From Blepharisma stoltei ATCC 30299 (taxonomy: Eukaryota > Protista > Ciliophora), in contig CBFDEM010000058.1 in assembly GCA_965603825.1 (NCBI GenBank), positions 434,001 to 498,000 of the forward strand: a stretch of DNA of 64,000 bases. The letters are read 5' to 3'. This document shows positions 1-13,388 of the stretch, piece after piece. Below the pieces are notes generated by a model, which saw only the letters and a list, made by a program, of their open reading frames with translations, was not told the origin of the DNA and did not search any database. Within the stretch, counting starts at the first letter, position 1. Each line of letters starts with the position of its first letter. Position numbers and translations under genes: made by a program.

Positions 1-8
1 ACAATAAA

Positions 9-1655
9 ATGGACACTCCGATTTTCCAAGACAAAGTTATTTGCATTCTCTGTGGCTTTTGTGGTTTTACTAAAGTAAGCAAAGACATCATTTCTAATAA
101 TATCGAAAAATTAGGGGGAACCACAGTCAAAAAAATTTCTCAACTCCCCGAAAATTTAACCCATCTTATAGTCCCTTACTTTTCAACTGAATCCAAACTG
201 CTTAAAACATTGAAAATTTCGCAGCTTCCGGACTGCAAAATAGTTACCCAAGACTGGGCAATTCAAAGCATAAAATTAAAAACTCTTTTGCCTGAAGACA
301 CATTTTTATGAAAATGCTATTTTCAACGACAACAAGAAAAAATGGCTGAGGTTGATGAATTAAAAAGAAAAAGTCAAATAGATGAAGAGTATCATATAAA
401 TAAACAGTTAAAGCTACAAAGTAACATAAAAATCGAAGAAAACTTTGAAGAAAATGAAAATCAAATTAAAATTGAAGAAAATCTTGAAATAAAAAATGAA
501 GAAAATGATATAAAGATTAAATTAGATCCTGATATTAAAATAGAAATAAAGCAAGAAGACGAAAGCTCTAGGTTTATTTCTGATAAAAGGAGGAGAGCGA
601 ATTGGAAAGAAGATGAACTATCGAAATTTAAATTTTACACAGGAAAACAGAGCATAGATAATAAAAACGACCATATAATACAAATGTTAGAAGAGCTTAA
701 GAATAATTATACAATCCTCAAAGATAAAGGCAGAATTATAGGCTACCAGAAAGCTATATCAGCCATAAGAAGTTTTCCAGAAAAAATAACCTCAATAGAG
801 CAGCTTAAAGGGGTTAATCAAATAGGCAAACAAACACTCCAAAAAATCAAAGAAATTCTAGAGACAGGGTCTTTGAGCAGAGTAGAAGCAATGGATGAGC
901 ATGAAAGGCTAGGCCAATTAAAATTATTTTTAAATATCTGAGGAGTTGGAACAGAAGCTGCAGAAAAACTTGTAAGAAAAGGCTATAAGACTATAGAAAT
1001 GATAAAAGCAAATCCTCCTGATTTTTTTAACGAAAATCAAAAAATTGGCCTTGCCCTTTATGACGAGCTTTTAGAAAAAATCCCCCGAGAAGAAGTCAAA
1101 GAAATTTCAGAAAAAATTACCAAAGTAGCCGAATCTTTAGCAAATGGAAGACAATTAACAGCGATTACTTGCGGATCTTACAGAAGAGGTCGCCCACTAT
1201 GTGGAGATATTGACATTTTGATGACTTTCGAAGATGGGGGAGCCCATACTGGCTTACTATCAATTTTAGTTGAAGAACTAAAAAAAATTGGTTTGGTTAC
1301 CCACACTTTAGTAATTACTGATGAAGAAATTAAAAAGAAGCACGAAAATTCCACCTTTGAAGGCATTGCAAAACTAGAAAATGGACTACATAGAAGAATT
1401 GATATAAAAATATACCCCAGAAAAACCTATGCATGGGCATTATTATATTTCACTGGATCTGCTATGTTTAATAGAAGCATGAGACTTTTCGCTAAAACTA
1501 AAGGGTTTAGGCTTTCTGACGAAGGAATATTCCCTGCAATTCGCTATAAAACGGAAACATTTACATGTGCACCAATTGCTGACTGTTATACAGAAGAAGA
1601 AATTTTTGAGTTTTTTGGGATGGCTTATAAAGCTCCGGAAGAAAGAGACATGTAA
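9..1655 (+). CDS. DNA polymerase family X (lambda-like) with N-terminal BRCT domain, 548 aa
   Basis: ORFs 9-311, 342-941 and 999-1655 share a frame and join through TGA=Trp (NI-W-GVG HhH motif at 939-941). Motifs GSYRRG..CGDID, RRIDIK and YFTGS..FNR; BRCT with 'VTQDW'. Confidence 0.93.
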
Positions 1656-1668
1656 TTTATAACGAAAA

Positions 1669-2472
1669 TTATCTAAAATATCTCATAAGCCCACCAGGGC
1701 GGGTTATAACTTGTTCTTCATCTTTAAATTTCCCTTTGATTGCCTTTTTAAATTCTTTTTTAGTGCTTTCATCCAGCTTTGAAGATTTTACAGGAGATGC
1801 AGTTAATCTTGAAGAATTTATAGACTGCGATGAAGGCGTAAATGGGATTGACGTCAAATTTAAGCTGAGTTGGGCATCTGAAGATTTTCTTGATTTTAAT
1901 ATCAAAGCGTTCTGAATCCCTCTCATTTTAAATACCAATAAAGCTGAAAGCAAATTTCTCTGATGAATTCTTCTCCATTGACGCAAAAATCCTGAGATTT
2001 TTTCTCCTCAAGAATTCATTTTTCTTTTATTTGTTTTCCGCATCGTTGTATTGCATTTTCATTTTCTTAAATTCATACGCAATATCATCCTATAAGCAGC
2101 CAATACTAAAGGTTTGAATTTTCTTATAGCGTATATTATATTCATGCACATGATTTTCTTATTCCTCAGCAAAGCTCTTTTTAATTGGTCATACATTTGT
2201 ATATAACGAATTTCTGAAATTGCTAGAAGCTTTTCATATTCAAAGTTTGTAGGGCCTTTAAATGTATATTTCTTTTTAGGGCTTCGTTTGCGTTGGATTT
2301 GATTTCGTTCTGCGAAACGCCTTGCGGCTGATTGCTTGGAAAAACTAAAAGAGTCATAAAGGCTTAAGTCTGACCCGTCAACACTGAAGTCTTGCTCAAA
2401 GATTTCAATTTTACTTGAGTTAAGAGAGCGATCTGTGTGCATTGAATCTCGCCCGGAAACATATCTCTCCAT
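1669..2472 (-). CDS. hypothetical protein (MERYVSG...), 267 aa
   Basis: ORFs 2059-2613 and 1669-1986 are in frame through TGA at 2059-2061; ATG at 2472 follows an AT-rich leader. Confidence 0.65.
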
Positions 2473-2624
2473 ATATATTCTATTGCTAGTATTAGCAAAC
2501 CCGTTAGGAATTTTCGTAAAGAGATAAAATTGAATAAATATATGAGAAACTGAGACTGAATGAGATAAGAAGTAAATAAGCGGCTTTAGAAGCGAATTTA
2601 TAAATAATATCAAGATTATAACTT

Positions 2625-3497
2625 TTAACTTTTTTCTTGGATTAATTGCTCAATAACCTTATAGACAATCTCAGGTGTTGGATTGCTTGGGAGCTTTAGC
2701 TGCAACTCTAACTCCCTTTTTTCTCTTTTACTTTGCTGCAACTGCAATTGTAAGCATTTAGTTAACATATTATCACTTGGAATTTCAGTGGTTTCTGTAT
2801 TAAAAGTTGACTTTAAATGATGCAAATGCGCTCGTGCTTGTTTTATTGAATCTAAAATGTTTGTGGACCCTTTTATGTCTTGGGGTCTTTTAATTTGGAT
2901 TTTTTCTCATGTCGCTGTCTTGCTTAAGATTTCTATATTTTTGGTTAGTCCTCCTATTGTTTCTTGTGTGAGATTTATTAAACTTCTTAGTTCTAAAATT
3001 CTGAAACCAACTTCTGTTATTTCTAATTTACTTTTTTCCGCTTTAAAACCTCGTTGCTTGTAATTAAAACTGGTCATTTCTGCTTCTTTTCATGCATTAA
3101 CAGCATTCAAAATAGCCTTAATTTCATTAGATATTTCAACAATTGCTTGGACACATAAAACTTCTTCTTTTCTCTTAAGTAGTTTACAGCTAGGACAATA
3201 AGCTGAATTTTCAGCAGAAAACTTGCCTCCTGAAGAAAAGGACAGGTCTTCAGTAAATTCATTTGAGTCTAATGTAGGAGTTTTGCTATGCAAATAAAAA
3301 GAGTTGCTGTTAAGAGAATCAGATAGAGGTTGAGAATCACGAGGAGTAATCATAGGAGACTTTAGAGATGAATTTCGGGAATTGTTTAGGAGACTTTCTT
3401 TGGATGGAGGGAGAGATTTTGTAGTTTCTCTTTTTTTGACAAGGTCTGTATGCAGGCTAATTGATTTTGAGTGAGCTCCTAGTCTTCTATCTTGCAT
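2625..3497 (-). CDS. hypothetical Ser-rich/coiled-coil protein, 290 aa
   Basis: 3090-3497 reads through two TGA codons into 2625-2825 with no TAA/TAG. Confidence 0.7.
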
Positions 3498-3705
3498 CGA
3501 AATGAAAATTATTTTGAGACTAGAGAGAGATTTATTATAGAACCTTTATTGTTGTTCATATGCTACTAAGATTATGAATTCTACTAAAAAATTATTAATT
3601 GTGCTGTTAAAATAAATTTTCCTTTCGTCAAAAGTTATATTTCACCGCTATTTTTAATATCAATAATTGTTTTAATCAATAAATTCTAATTAAATATTGC
3701 AGAAC

Positions 3706-5614
3706 TTATTTATTTTTTCTATTTTCAGATGGGACCATCAACGGTGGCACGGTTTGGTCTTTAATGTTAATTCTCATATCTTGTAAAAGTTGGGCCTGCA
3801 CTTTTCTTTCATTTTCTATTTGTTCCCTCAATGAATCTGCCATTGTAAGAAGCCCATTGATTTCTTCGTCTTGCTCTTTTAACTTATCCATTGAAGCAGG
3901 GTCAAGTTCTCCCCATATTCTTCTTAAGTGTTCATTATATTTCTCAATAGCTTCTCTTTCTAATAATTTTAAATTCTCAAACATCCCTATTGGTAAATCC
4001 TAAATTAAAAAATACCGGTGAATCTGAGATAAATGCCAGCAATCGCTGATCTGTAATTTCTCTGAAATTCCCAGACACCGAATAAGTGCTTTGCTGTATT
4101 AAAATTAAATAGTCAAAAATGATTTTGTCTAAATCGTTTTCATATATTGTTATATATTCACCTTCGTCGCCCAATCCTTCTGTTGTCCTGACCACAAAAA
4201 TTAAAAAATTCCCTTTTTCATCTCTTAAGCAGTTCATCAAATTAGTTCTGAGATCCAGCCCATCTGTCAAACTTTTATCAATTAAAATCGCTTTTAAATC
4301 GTTTTCTGACACTTTTATATAATAATAAGTGAATGATGCTTCTCTAGGGACAGAGTCTGCAATTTGGTAAATTTTCCTGATCTCTACATAATGATTTTTA
4401 AAGTTTTTTATTTGACAGATATTTTCTACAAATTTGTATTCAGGGTTACTTGCGTTAAGTTCGTTATAAATAATTTTACCTTCCGTTGAATATAGGATAT
4501 CAATTAAAGAAATCGCAACTTTTTCTTCAAATTCTAATGCTTTTATGCTTTCTTCATATAAATCAGAATCATTTTGTGCTTGCTCTTGGAGATCTCTAAA
4601 AGTTCTATCTAGCTCTTTATTGTATTTTCCTTTAACTACTTGCAAATCTTGCTTCAAAGTCTCTTCACTTTTGTGTCTTAAGGCTTTTAAGCGGGAGTTT
4701 TCTTTTAAAATTTTAGATTTCCCGTTTTCAATTTCAGTGCGTAAAGCATGCAGGTCATCTACAAGCATCCGCTGAATATATTTTAATTGCTCCTCGTTTT
4801 CTCTATTTTTGCTATCTAAATGCATAAGAAGAGTTCTATGCTCATGCTCAATAGAGCTCAACCTTTCTTGCAGCTTTAAAGCCTCTTGGATATAATCATT
4901 CTTGGCGGAGTCTCGAGTTTCTTGACTTATTCATTTTCCGTCTAAAATTTGAAGATAAGGAGATGAAATTGTGCTTAGTACGAATTCTGTATATCCTTCA
5001 AGCTCAGTTACAGGGCAAGCTTGAAAATCAACTCCTCCAAAGCTGAGGTTTCGAATTACTGAAAGCTTTGAAATCTCCCGGATGTCATTAAAAGTAGCGA
5101 TTGGGTTTTCAGATAAATGCAAATCTTGAAGATTGACTAAAGTGCTTAGCGCTTCTACTGTTTCTATTTTATTTTCTTGAAGCCATAGTTCTCGAATATA
5201 GGAATTGCTTTCTAAGTTTTCAATTTTGGTGATTTGGTTGCCAAAAAGCCAAAGCTTTGTTAAGAGCGGGCATCCTTCTAAATTTTCAATTTTTGTGATG
5301 CTATTTCGAATCAAAATCAGTTCTCTGAGCTGATGTAGTTCGTTTATAAAAGGCTCTATTGCTGGAAGTTCGCAACCTATTATACGAAGGATTTCTAGAG
5401 AATGAGCAACTCTTTCTACACCTGATAATGTAACTAATTGGCCAGTTTCGATCAGAGATAATTCTTGAAGATTGTAGCAGTAATGTAGATTGTCTAAGCG
5501 ACTAATATGAGTAAATGCAACTTCAAGCGTTTTTAATGTAGCAATTTGTTCATTTCCAGAGCAGACTTGCTAAATAAAAATTACGATTAACTCAACACTA
5601 AGCGCATCTTCCAT
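3706..5614 (-). CDS. SDS22-type leucine-rich repeat + coiled-coil protein (LRRC9-like)
   Basis: ATG 5614; 15-nt intron 5570-5584; LRRs (LWLFGNQITKIENL) with LRR cap (CPVT..EGY..FV); TGA at 4931; 16-nt intron 4000-4015 restores the frame into 3706-3984. Confidence 0.8.
4000..4015 (-). other. 16-nt spliceosomal intron (gtattttttaatttag)
   Basis: GT..AG with A at -6; its removal is needed to join two reading frames (SP|DLPIGMFEN). Confidence 0.8.
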
Positions 5615-5793
5615 TTTCAAATAAAAATAATGCTAAAGAATCTTTTTCAATACCCTGAAATAGTTTAAAATTTTATTGAATTTTGAAATAAAAGGACTCA
5701 CAAAATGCTTTATTAAATTAAAAAAATTGTTTATTTAATTATAAATTTGTTTTTAAATAATAACCAATTTTTCATTTAATTATTTAAATATTA

Positions 5794-6516
5794 TTAAATA
5801 TCATAGCATCCACCTAAATCAAGAGCTGAATTTGGGTAATCTTCAGAGAAACCTATATCAGATTTTTCATTTAAATATGGCCTTTCATAATTATTCGCAG
5901 GTTCTGATCTTAATTTCATACAATTATCGATAGACTCTGCAATAGTTTTCTGGCTTTCTATTGTCTCTTGAATGTATTCTTCAGCTTCAGCACTGACCTC
6001 TAAAATTAAGTTTTGACTTTCTTTTGTCTCTTCATTCTCTTTGCCTATATTAGCAAGATGGTGGACAATCAAGCATTCCCAAATTCTTTTTCTAATCGGG
6101 GCTTTCTCATCAAACCTAGAATCTAATTTGCAATTAAAAACCTTTTCTAGCTCTTTTTCACTATATTGTTGAGCCAGATCTTTCGCATATTTGTCAACCA
6201 TGCTGCTAAACACATTTTTGTAGAAGGACCTTAAATTTCTACTTATTCCTATATTGAAATAAGACTTTTCTTGCCGTGTAAAAACTTTAATTTCATCTTT
6301 ATTTAGAAAAGATTTCGGCCAAAATCGACTTGAATAGAGATCATAGGTGTCTTTGCTCAAGTTTAATTTCAGCATGTTGTAAAAATTGTGGTAAAAGGAA
6401 TTAGTAAGTTTTTGGTTTAAAGATCGGGAATCTTTTTTTTTGGGGCTCATGAAATAATGCAATAAAAATCCAATAGGATTACAAGGTCTTCCTCTGCTCT
6501 TGTAAGTTTTTACCAT
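5794..6516 (-). CDS. hypothetical protein with N-terminal AT-hook-like RGRP motif
   Basis: 240-aa ORF ending in TAA; start uncertain because the frame is open further upstream. Confidence 0.65.
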   Translation of the reverse strand: MVKTYKSRGRPCNPIGFLLHYFMSPKKKDSRSLNQKLTNSFYHNFYNMLKLNLSKDTYDLYSSRFWPKSFLNKDEIKVFTRQEKSYFNIGISRNLRSFYKNVFSSMVDKYAKDLAQQYSEKELEKVFNCKLDSRFDEKAPIRKRIWECLIVHHLANIGKENEETKESQNLILEVSAEAEEYIQETIESQKTIAESIDNCMKLRSEPANNYERPYLNEKSDIGFSEDYPNSALDLGGCYDI

Positions 6517-7146
6517 ATTTTTTATAGATATGAATGATAACTCATATTGCTTTGGACATTTGATATCTTTCTCTTGAAAACGACAAAAGCCTGTTGTATT
6601 TTCATAATTTAGGGATTTGATAATGATTCATAAATTGGATATTTTATTAAATAATAAAAGTTTCTGTATTTTGAAAAAGTTGCTTATTATATACCCTTGC
6701 TTGCTTATTTTCTGGACTTAGAAGAGAAGGATAAGCCAGATAGAGCATTTAATGAAATATTATTGATTCTCAAATTTATGAATTTAATCTTATTAAAAAG
6801 CAATCTAAAATAGGTATTTTATGTAATTATATCTGAAGCAATGCTTCCTGTGTCTATACTTTTACTTCTTCTAGCTCTAATGCATTTAGATCACAGAAGA
6901 AACCTTAAAATTGCTCATATCCTAAAAATGTCGATCTTCAAATCATTACCTTTGGCGGCTGTTACAAAATTTCATTCGAAAGATTTAACTTTTTATATGA
7001 GAATGCACAATGCTTTGTTTTTACAATAAGCCATCAATTCTTTTGTCTTTACCTAAAAATGATTTCTTTTCTTAAAATTCGTTTCAGATTTTCTCTATTC
7101 CCGCATCAAATTTGTTCCATCTTAAAAACGTTACAATAATTAAAAT

Positions 7147-9822
7147 ATGATAAATACAAAGAAAGCAGCCTGTCTACCGCTCATCAGCAGATCTGCAAGG
7201 CCTAAGTCAAAATCGTCAAACATTTCTTTGGCATCAAGTCCTACTTCCCCAGACATTGATATTCACCTTTTCGAAAGAAAAGAAAAAATTAGGCAAATCC
7301 ACACAAGCCAAAACAAATTTTCAAGATATGTCGGCTCAATGAGCAGCAAAGACTCAGATTCCAACTCAAGCGGAAGTCCAGATAATGCTTCTGCTAAGCT
7401 CAACTTCTTTGAGTCTTATAAGAAAATAGGAAAAGAGACTGAAAGAGTCGAGTTCAGAAAAATGAAACAGTCGCCAGAAATTGCATTTCTCAAAGAAATT
7501 GATAAAGGAGGTTTAAGTCCTAAACCTTTTGGGCTCATCAAGTCTGGCACACCACAGTCAAGAAGCTCTAAATCAAGAAGCCCACAGTCAAAAAGTCCTC
7601 AGTCAAAAGGCTCCGTTGTTGGGTCATTCGATTTAAGAAATATCGGAATGGGAGATACTTATGCAAAGGCATTTTCGAAAGGAATTAAGCATATTCCACA
7701 GGTAGAAGAGCTAAATTTAAAAGAAAATCGACTCAGTGAGAAAGGTGCTTTGAAAATTTTGTCAAAGTTAGTAGAAAAGAAAACAAAATACCTTGTTTTG
7801 ACTGGGAATCATTTAGGTGAGCAGTCAGTACAAAAAATCGTTGAAATTTTAGATAACCCAAAATCTTATCTGAAGCACCTAAGCCTAGAAAACACAAAAC
7901 TAAGCGAATCCGCTATTATTCAGCTTTGTAACAGCTTAAAAGAAAATACTACCCTGACCAGATTGAATTTGGCGAAAAATGAAATCAGAAATGGAGCTGT
8001 CAAAGCCATAGGTGAGATGCTCTCTAAAAATTACGGCCTAAGATATTTAGATCTTCACTGGAACTTAATCAGAGGCGACGAAGCAATCTATTTATTCAAT
8101 GGCCTAGAGCAAAACCGATACCTAAGACACTTAGACTTGTCATGAAATGCAATTGGCAACTCCACTAACCTAGAAATCATCAATTCCATTGGTAAAGCTT
8201 TCAAAGAAAACACACTCCTAATCCATGCAGATTTATCATATAACAATTTTAATCTCCAAGAATGCGAAATCCTTGGAAAATTTTTATATGATAATCACAC
8301 ACTTATAGGTCTACACATGCTTGGAAATGATTGTAAAATCAATTCCAAAGGCTTTATTATTCCAATGAAATGCAGAAAGGAAAAAGACGCCCACAACTTC
8401 CAGAGAGTCATTAATGAACCTACTTTTATGATTCATAATGAAGAAAGCTCGAACTGCTGGATCTGTGAAAGGTGGGTCGAGGCAGAATTTACTGTAAAAT
8501 CAGAAAAAGCTGCTTTTCTGCACTTAGAATGCGATGGATTTGCAGGAGAACTAATGGAAAACAATAATAATGGGACTTTTTATATAAAAAGAGTGGTACC
8601 CCCTGGAGTTTTGAAGTTCTTCTATAGCAATGAAAATGGTGTAATTGCACTAGAAGATACCCCTAGTGAGCCTTATGACAAACCTATAGAAGTTATTATA
8701 GGTGCTAATAAAAAGGTCTTAGAAACTGTCAATGTAAGCTATGCAGAAGGAATTGTATGTGACCCTAGAAATCTTTTTGAAACACAAATTAGGATCCCTG
8801 GGACAACTTATACGATTAGTAAGCCCCCTCCAGCAGAGCCTGAAGAAATCATATATGAAAGGATCATATGGGATATCTCTATTAGTTCCTTTAAAGACTA
8901 CAAATTTGATACAGAGCAAAGACTTCAAGCTAATTTTGAGACAGATTTTAAGCATTCTAGGATAAATAAATTTGTTAAGGATCCACTTGATGTAATGAAC
9001 TCTAAAGAGTGTTTGGAAAAGGTTTATCATCAGTTTAAAGAAACCTATAGGCATTTAGCAGCATTGGGTGGGAATGATTTGTTCTGCTTTGGCTCTAATA
9101 TTTTTTCTGATTTTCTAACACAATGCAATGTGTTTGATGAAAATTTCGGAATAAATGATCTCGGTATCTGCTGGAATGCGACCAAATGCCAGAGGTCGAA
9201 ATGTGAAGCTGTGATAGGAAACAGACTTTCTAAGCATGAATTCATGGAAATTATTGCTAGGATAGCAAATGATAAATACGTCAGAAACAATCTATGCAAA
9301 AATACAGCTGAAGCTTTGCAGAGATTATTTGATGAGAGCTTGATTCCTATTATGTCTCAATTTGATACAAATAGATGGAGAATGGAGAAATACTGCTGTG
9401 AAGAAGTTGACCTAGAGCTTAAAGTCTATAAGCCAATTTTTGATGAAATATTTAGACTTTACACAGGGAAAATCTTTTGCCAGTCAAAAGGATTCATGTC
9501 ATTAGACGAATTCAGAAATCTGTGTATTGAGTCTGGACTATTGAATGACTCAAGAGAAATTGATTTTTGTGCTTATAAGGCAATTATGTGCCATAAAGAA
9601 GAGATTCTTGAGAAAAAACATGTGAAACTCAGCTATGTAGAATTTTTAGAAGCAATTTGTAGAGTTTTCGATCAGTGTGGGAATAAAAACGAGAAATTAA
9701 GAGACAAGGTTCGAGCAGGGGTTACTCAGCTTATCAATTTGTGCTCTGATGCTATAAAAGGATCATTTACTATACCAACAGATGAGGCCTATTTTAAACT
9801 TATGTATCGGCCTAAACTTTAA
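7147..9822 (+). CDS. RI-type (NLRC3-like) LRR protein with central beta-domain and C-terminal EF-hand-like helical region, 891 aa
   Basis: 7147-8145 and 8317-9822 join in frame through TGA in 'LDLS-W-NAIG', matching the preceding repeat 'LDLHWNLI'. Confidence 0.85.
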
Positions 9823-9926
9823 ACTAATTAATTATTACCAAATTTATTCAAATTTAGGAATTGAATAATTAAGTATTTATAAAATTTAAAGAAGGCTATA
9901 ATTATAAAAATATTAACTTACTGAAG

Positions 9927-11237
9927 CTATAATTTAAATAGCGATGTATGTAAGGCAAATAGCACTTCTTTATCAATTGCTTTTAGCTGCTTATAGACAG
10001 TCTTTCTTACTGCTACTGCATAAGTAAATATTGTCTTCTCTACATCACTCTTAAAAAAGTTTGATGCTTTATAAACTTCAGCTAAAGGCCATCTATTTCC
10101 TCCATACACAACTTGGCAAATATAAGACCTATAAATCAAAAGAGAATTTGCAAAATCATGCTGAGTTTCTCCATCGAAAGGTAGCATCTGGAAGAAAGGT
10201 CTCAAATTTTTATTGCTAACTTCAGTGCGTTCCCAAGCTCCATAATTCCCTCTGATATTCCTTAGTAAATTTACATTGATTTCTACCGCATTTAATTGGA
10301 ATTTGCAGGATCCATCAGATAAAATTTTTTCATAACAAATTTCATAGGTGATGCTTACTGTAAAACTATCATCATGATTGTTAGGAATCGTAAACCCATA
10401 CATAGATAGCAAATCTATATTTGGTAGTTGCTTATATTCATACACAAGCTCATTCCCTCTATTTAAAGTTCTATCTGCGATTAATGTAAATCCTGGTGGC
10501 ATTTTGTCATCAAATACAATTGAAGAAGTTTTCATGGTCGAGTTTAGAGGTCTTGGCCAATGATTGATAAAATCAATTCCAGGGATTAACACAGGATAAT
10601 TATACTTTTCATCGAGATCTTTAAAGCCATACATTCTCATCATTTCTGAAGCTGGGTATAATATAGCTCGCGTTTGGATAACAGCATCTGCCCATAAAAA
10701 TGCTTGATAATTGAACATCTCAGCTGGCAAGTCGTAGCGGTTTTTAATTTTCGATAAAACAAGCTCATGGTCAGCTGTAATATTCCTTATAAAATAGGAT
10801 CTTGTATAGTCATAAATCCCTAATTTTTCAAACACATCAAATTCGGCATCACTTCATAATAAAGGTGTTGTGTACTTTAGAGGGAAATTGTGCACAAACT
10901 CCGTGAGAAATGGCCCTCTAGGTGCTATAAATTTTTCATAGAGAATTCTCATACGAAGCATTGAGTAAGGGGAAATACCTTTTAGGACTGATGTTAAAGG
11001 GAAAGGAGTGACTGGCTCGAGAGTGTCAGCTAAAGGAATTTTAAAGAGAACTTCCCCTTCTTTGATGTTAGATAAAAGCTTTATTCCTATACCTCGGCCT
11101 TCAAAATAAGCTATTCCATGACTATTGATGTGGGACCGAAGTTGACAGCTGAAAGAGCTTGCTTGATCCCTTGTCGTTGTGAGTGGAACTTCATATGCGT
11201 GTGCAACAATAAGAAACGAAATAAAATATAGCATCAT
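9927..11237 (-). CDS. SET-domain methyltransferase (Rubisco-LSMT/SETD3-SETD4 class) with predicted signal peptide, 436 aa
   Basis: GRGIG, PGIDFINH and 'ELVYEY...NIDLLSMYGF' motifs; TGA at 10854-10856; N-terminus MMLYFISFLIVAHA|YE. Confidence 0.8.
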
Positions 11238-11379
11238 TTCTGAATTATCAGTCAATTTTGTTATATAAAAAATTAATACTAGGAAAATCATAAAATTCTT
11301 TTTTCAATTCAATTAGCAAATGCACATTAAAAAACGAAAAAATTATTTATCAAGAAGCCTTCTAATTTATTTATTTAAG

Positions 11380-11757
11380 ATGTCAAATATCGATGAAGAA
11401 AACAAAGTCCCTCATTTTCGCAAAGTTTATGAGCAAAAGAAATCAGACCGCGAAGTCCAGTTACAAACAGATCAATATCCTCAAGACAGCTTCGAGTTAG
11501 GCCCTATGTCTTTTGATGAAGAAGTCAAAGCTCCTATAGGAATGATCATTATGCTAATTACAAGTTTTTTATTATCTTTTGTCCTTATTATTATAGGTGC
11601 GATACTTTATGAGCAAAAGCATGATACGAAAAATGCAGTTGGAATATGAGTTTTGGCCTTTTTAGTAATGATTCCGGGGCTATTTTCAATTTACAAAATA
11701 ATTGTGATTCTTGCACCGAAAACCCCGCAGGATAGAGTGAACATTTTACATCCTTAA
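11380..11757 (+). CDS. small two-TM protein, TMEM230/TMEM134-like
   Basis: ATG 11380; two hydrophobic helices; TGA 11647 reads into W-VLAFLVMIPGLFS; TAA 11755-11757. Confidence 0.7.
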
Positions 11758-11810
11758 ATTTATGGAAAGGAATAACTCATTATTTTTAAATGAAAATATT
11801 ATAATAAGAT

Positions 11811-12875
11811 ATGGAATCATCAATTTTTGAGGTTGATGGGTCTTTATATGAAGGGGGTGGCCAAATAATGAGAGTCGCTTTATGTTTAGGGATTATTAAA
11901 CAAATTCCAGTCACAATCAAAAATATTCGTGCTGGCCGTGATAGGCCTGGTCTTGCCCGAAGCCATCTTGCTTCAGTTCTGATCTTACAGCAAATCTGCA
12001 ACGGTCGCTTAGAAAACGCAGAGCTTGGGTCGACTACATTAACATTATACCCTAGCCAAATCTCTTCAGGGACTTTTATAGCTGATTGTGGCTCTTCAGG
12101 AAGCATAACCCTTATGCTCCAAGCAATCCTTCCTGTATTAATAAAAACTTCTTCAATATTGATTTTACGTGTACTTTTAATTTAGGGCGGCACTGATGTC
12201 CCGTTTTCTCCAACGACACATTTTATTCAAAATTCTCTGCAGCCATTTCTAAATAAAATCGGGGTAAAATTCAGCTATGAAGTAAAAAGGTATGGATTTA
12301 ACCCTATAGGAAGAGGAGAAGTAGAAGTTCGTACTGAGCTTTGTGAGGAAATTAATGGAATTGATATTTTATATAATAAAATTTCAAGAAATATTGAAGC
12401 AGAAATAGTATATAGCAGAAAAAGCAAAGGAAATATGAACTATGATGAAGAAATAAGGAAAGTTGTTGAGAGAGTTGGTAAGAGATATACAGTAAATGAG
12501 CTAGAAGTTAATAGAGAAATAATAAGTGTAAGAGAAGTCGATGCGGAATGCCATGGGGTAGTGGTAAATGTATGAAATAAAAGCGAAAATGGATGCTTTT
12601 ACCACAAATCTGAGGTTGGAATTTTTAAAGGAAAAAATGAATGGGAGAAACCATGTAGAGATCTGAAAAATTGCATAGAATCGGAAGCTTGCATCTGTGA
12701 AGAGTTGCAGGACCAGCTTTTAATATTTTTAGCAATGGCAAGTAGCCCTTCGAGAATAAAAATTAATCAGGCTACTGATCATTCTTTAGCTGTAATTGAG
12801 TTAATAAACAGGGTTGGCTTGGCAAGAATTTCAATGAATGAAGGGATTTTGGAAATAATTCCGCAGTCTAGGTAA
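11811..12875 (+). CDS. RTCA: RNA 3'-terminal phosphate cyclase
   Basis: DGS..EGGGQI.R, IRAGR.RPGL..H and GSITLMLQ motifs; 15-nt intron 12171-12185 then GGTDVPFSP; YGFNPIGRGEV; DQL and TDH (adenylated His position); TAA 12873-12875. The 3' half is missing from the ORF track. Confidence 0.92.
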
Positions 12876-12997
12876 TTTATGCTTTACATAATAATGTTCT
12901 ATAATGATTATTTCAGTTCTAACGATAAATTTAAATCTTTATACTTTATCTAGCATAATGTAGGCACTTTATAAACTGGTTATTATATGTCTTTTTA

Positions 12998-13069
12998 AGC
13001 GAAGTGGCGCAGTGGAAGCGTGCTGGGCTCATAACCCAGAGGTCGATGGATCGAAACCATTCTTCGCTA
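12998..13069 (+). tRNA. initiator tRNA-Met (CAT)
   Basis: AGCGAAG/CTTCGCT acceptor stem with A1:U72, CTGGG-ctCATaa-CCCAG anticodon arm, eukaryotic initiator T-loop GATCGAAA, downstream T-run. Confidence 0.97.
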
Positions 13070-13070
13070 C

Positions 13071-13076
13071 TTTTTA
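13071..13076 (+). terminator. Pol III terminator (T-run) of tRNA-iMet
   Basis: TTTTTT immediately downstream of the tRNA. Confidence 0.7.
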
Positions 13077-13388
13077 TTGTTTTTGCTTTTTTAAAAATGA
13101 AAATGCTTTAATAAGCTAATGAATAGAGAAGCAGGCTTTGTTTTTGGATTACTAGAATTATTTGATAGAAAATTGTTAGTGAGAAGGCATAGTAAATTTT
13201 AATATAACATTGAGTTAAATTGATCGCAAGCAATATTTTTTCTCAAATCATCTTAGAAGTAGTTAAAGGACTGAGAAGGCAAATATCTGCATATAGCGCT
13301 ATGTGCTTTATAGCTTTTTTAGTTATATTACCTAATCAGCCCTGACCATTTTCTCAAAAGTATGGACTCAATCAGATAATAATAGGAC

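Noticed and set aside
6841-7029. 62-aa ORF
   Set aside because: No motif, and it lies in an AT-rich divergent promoter region.
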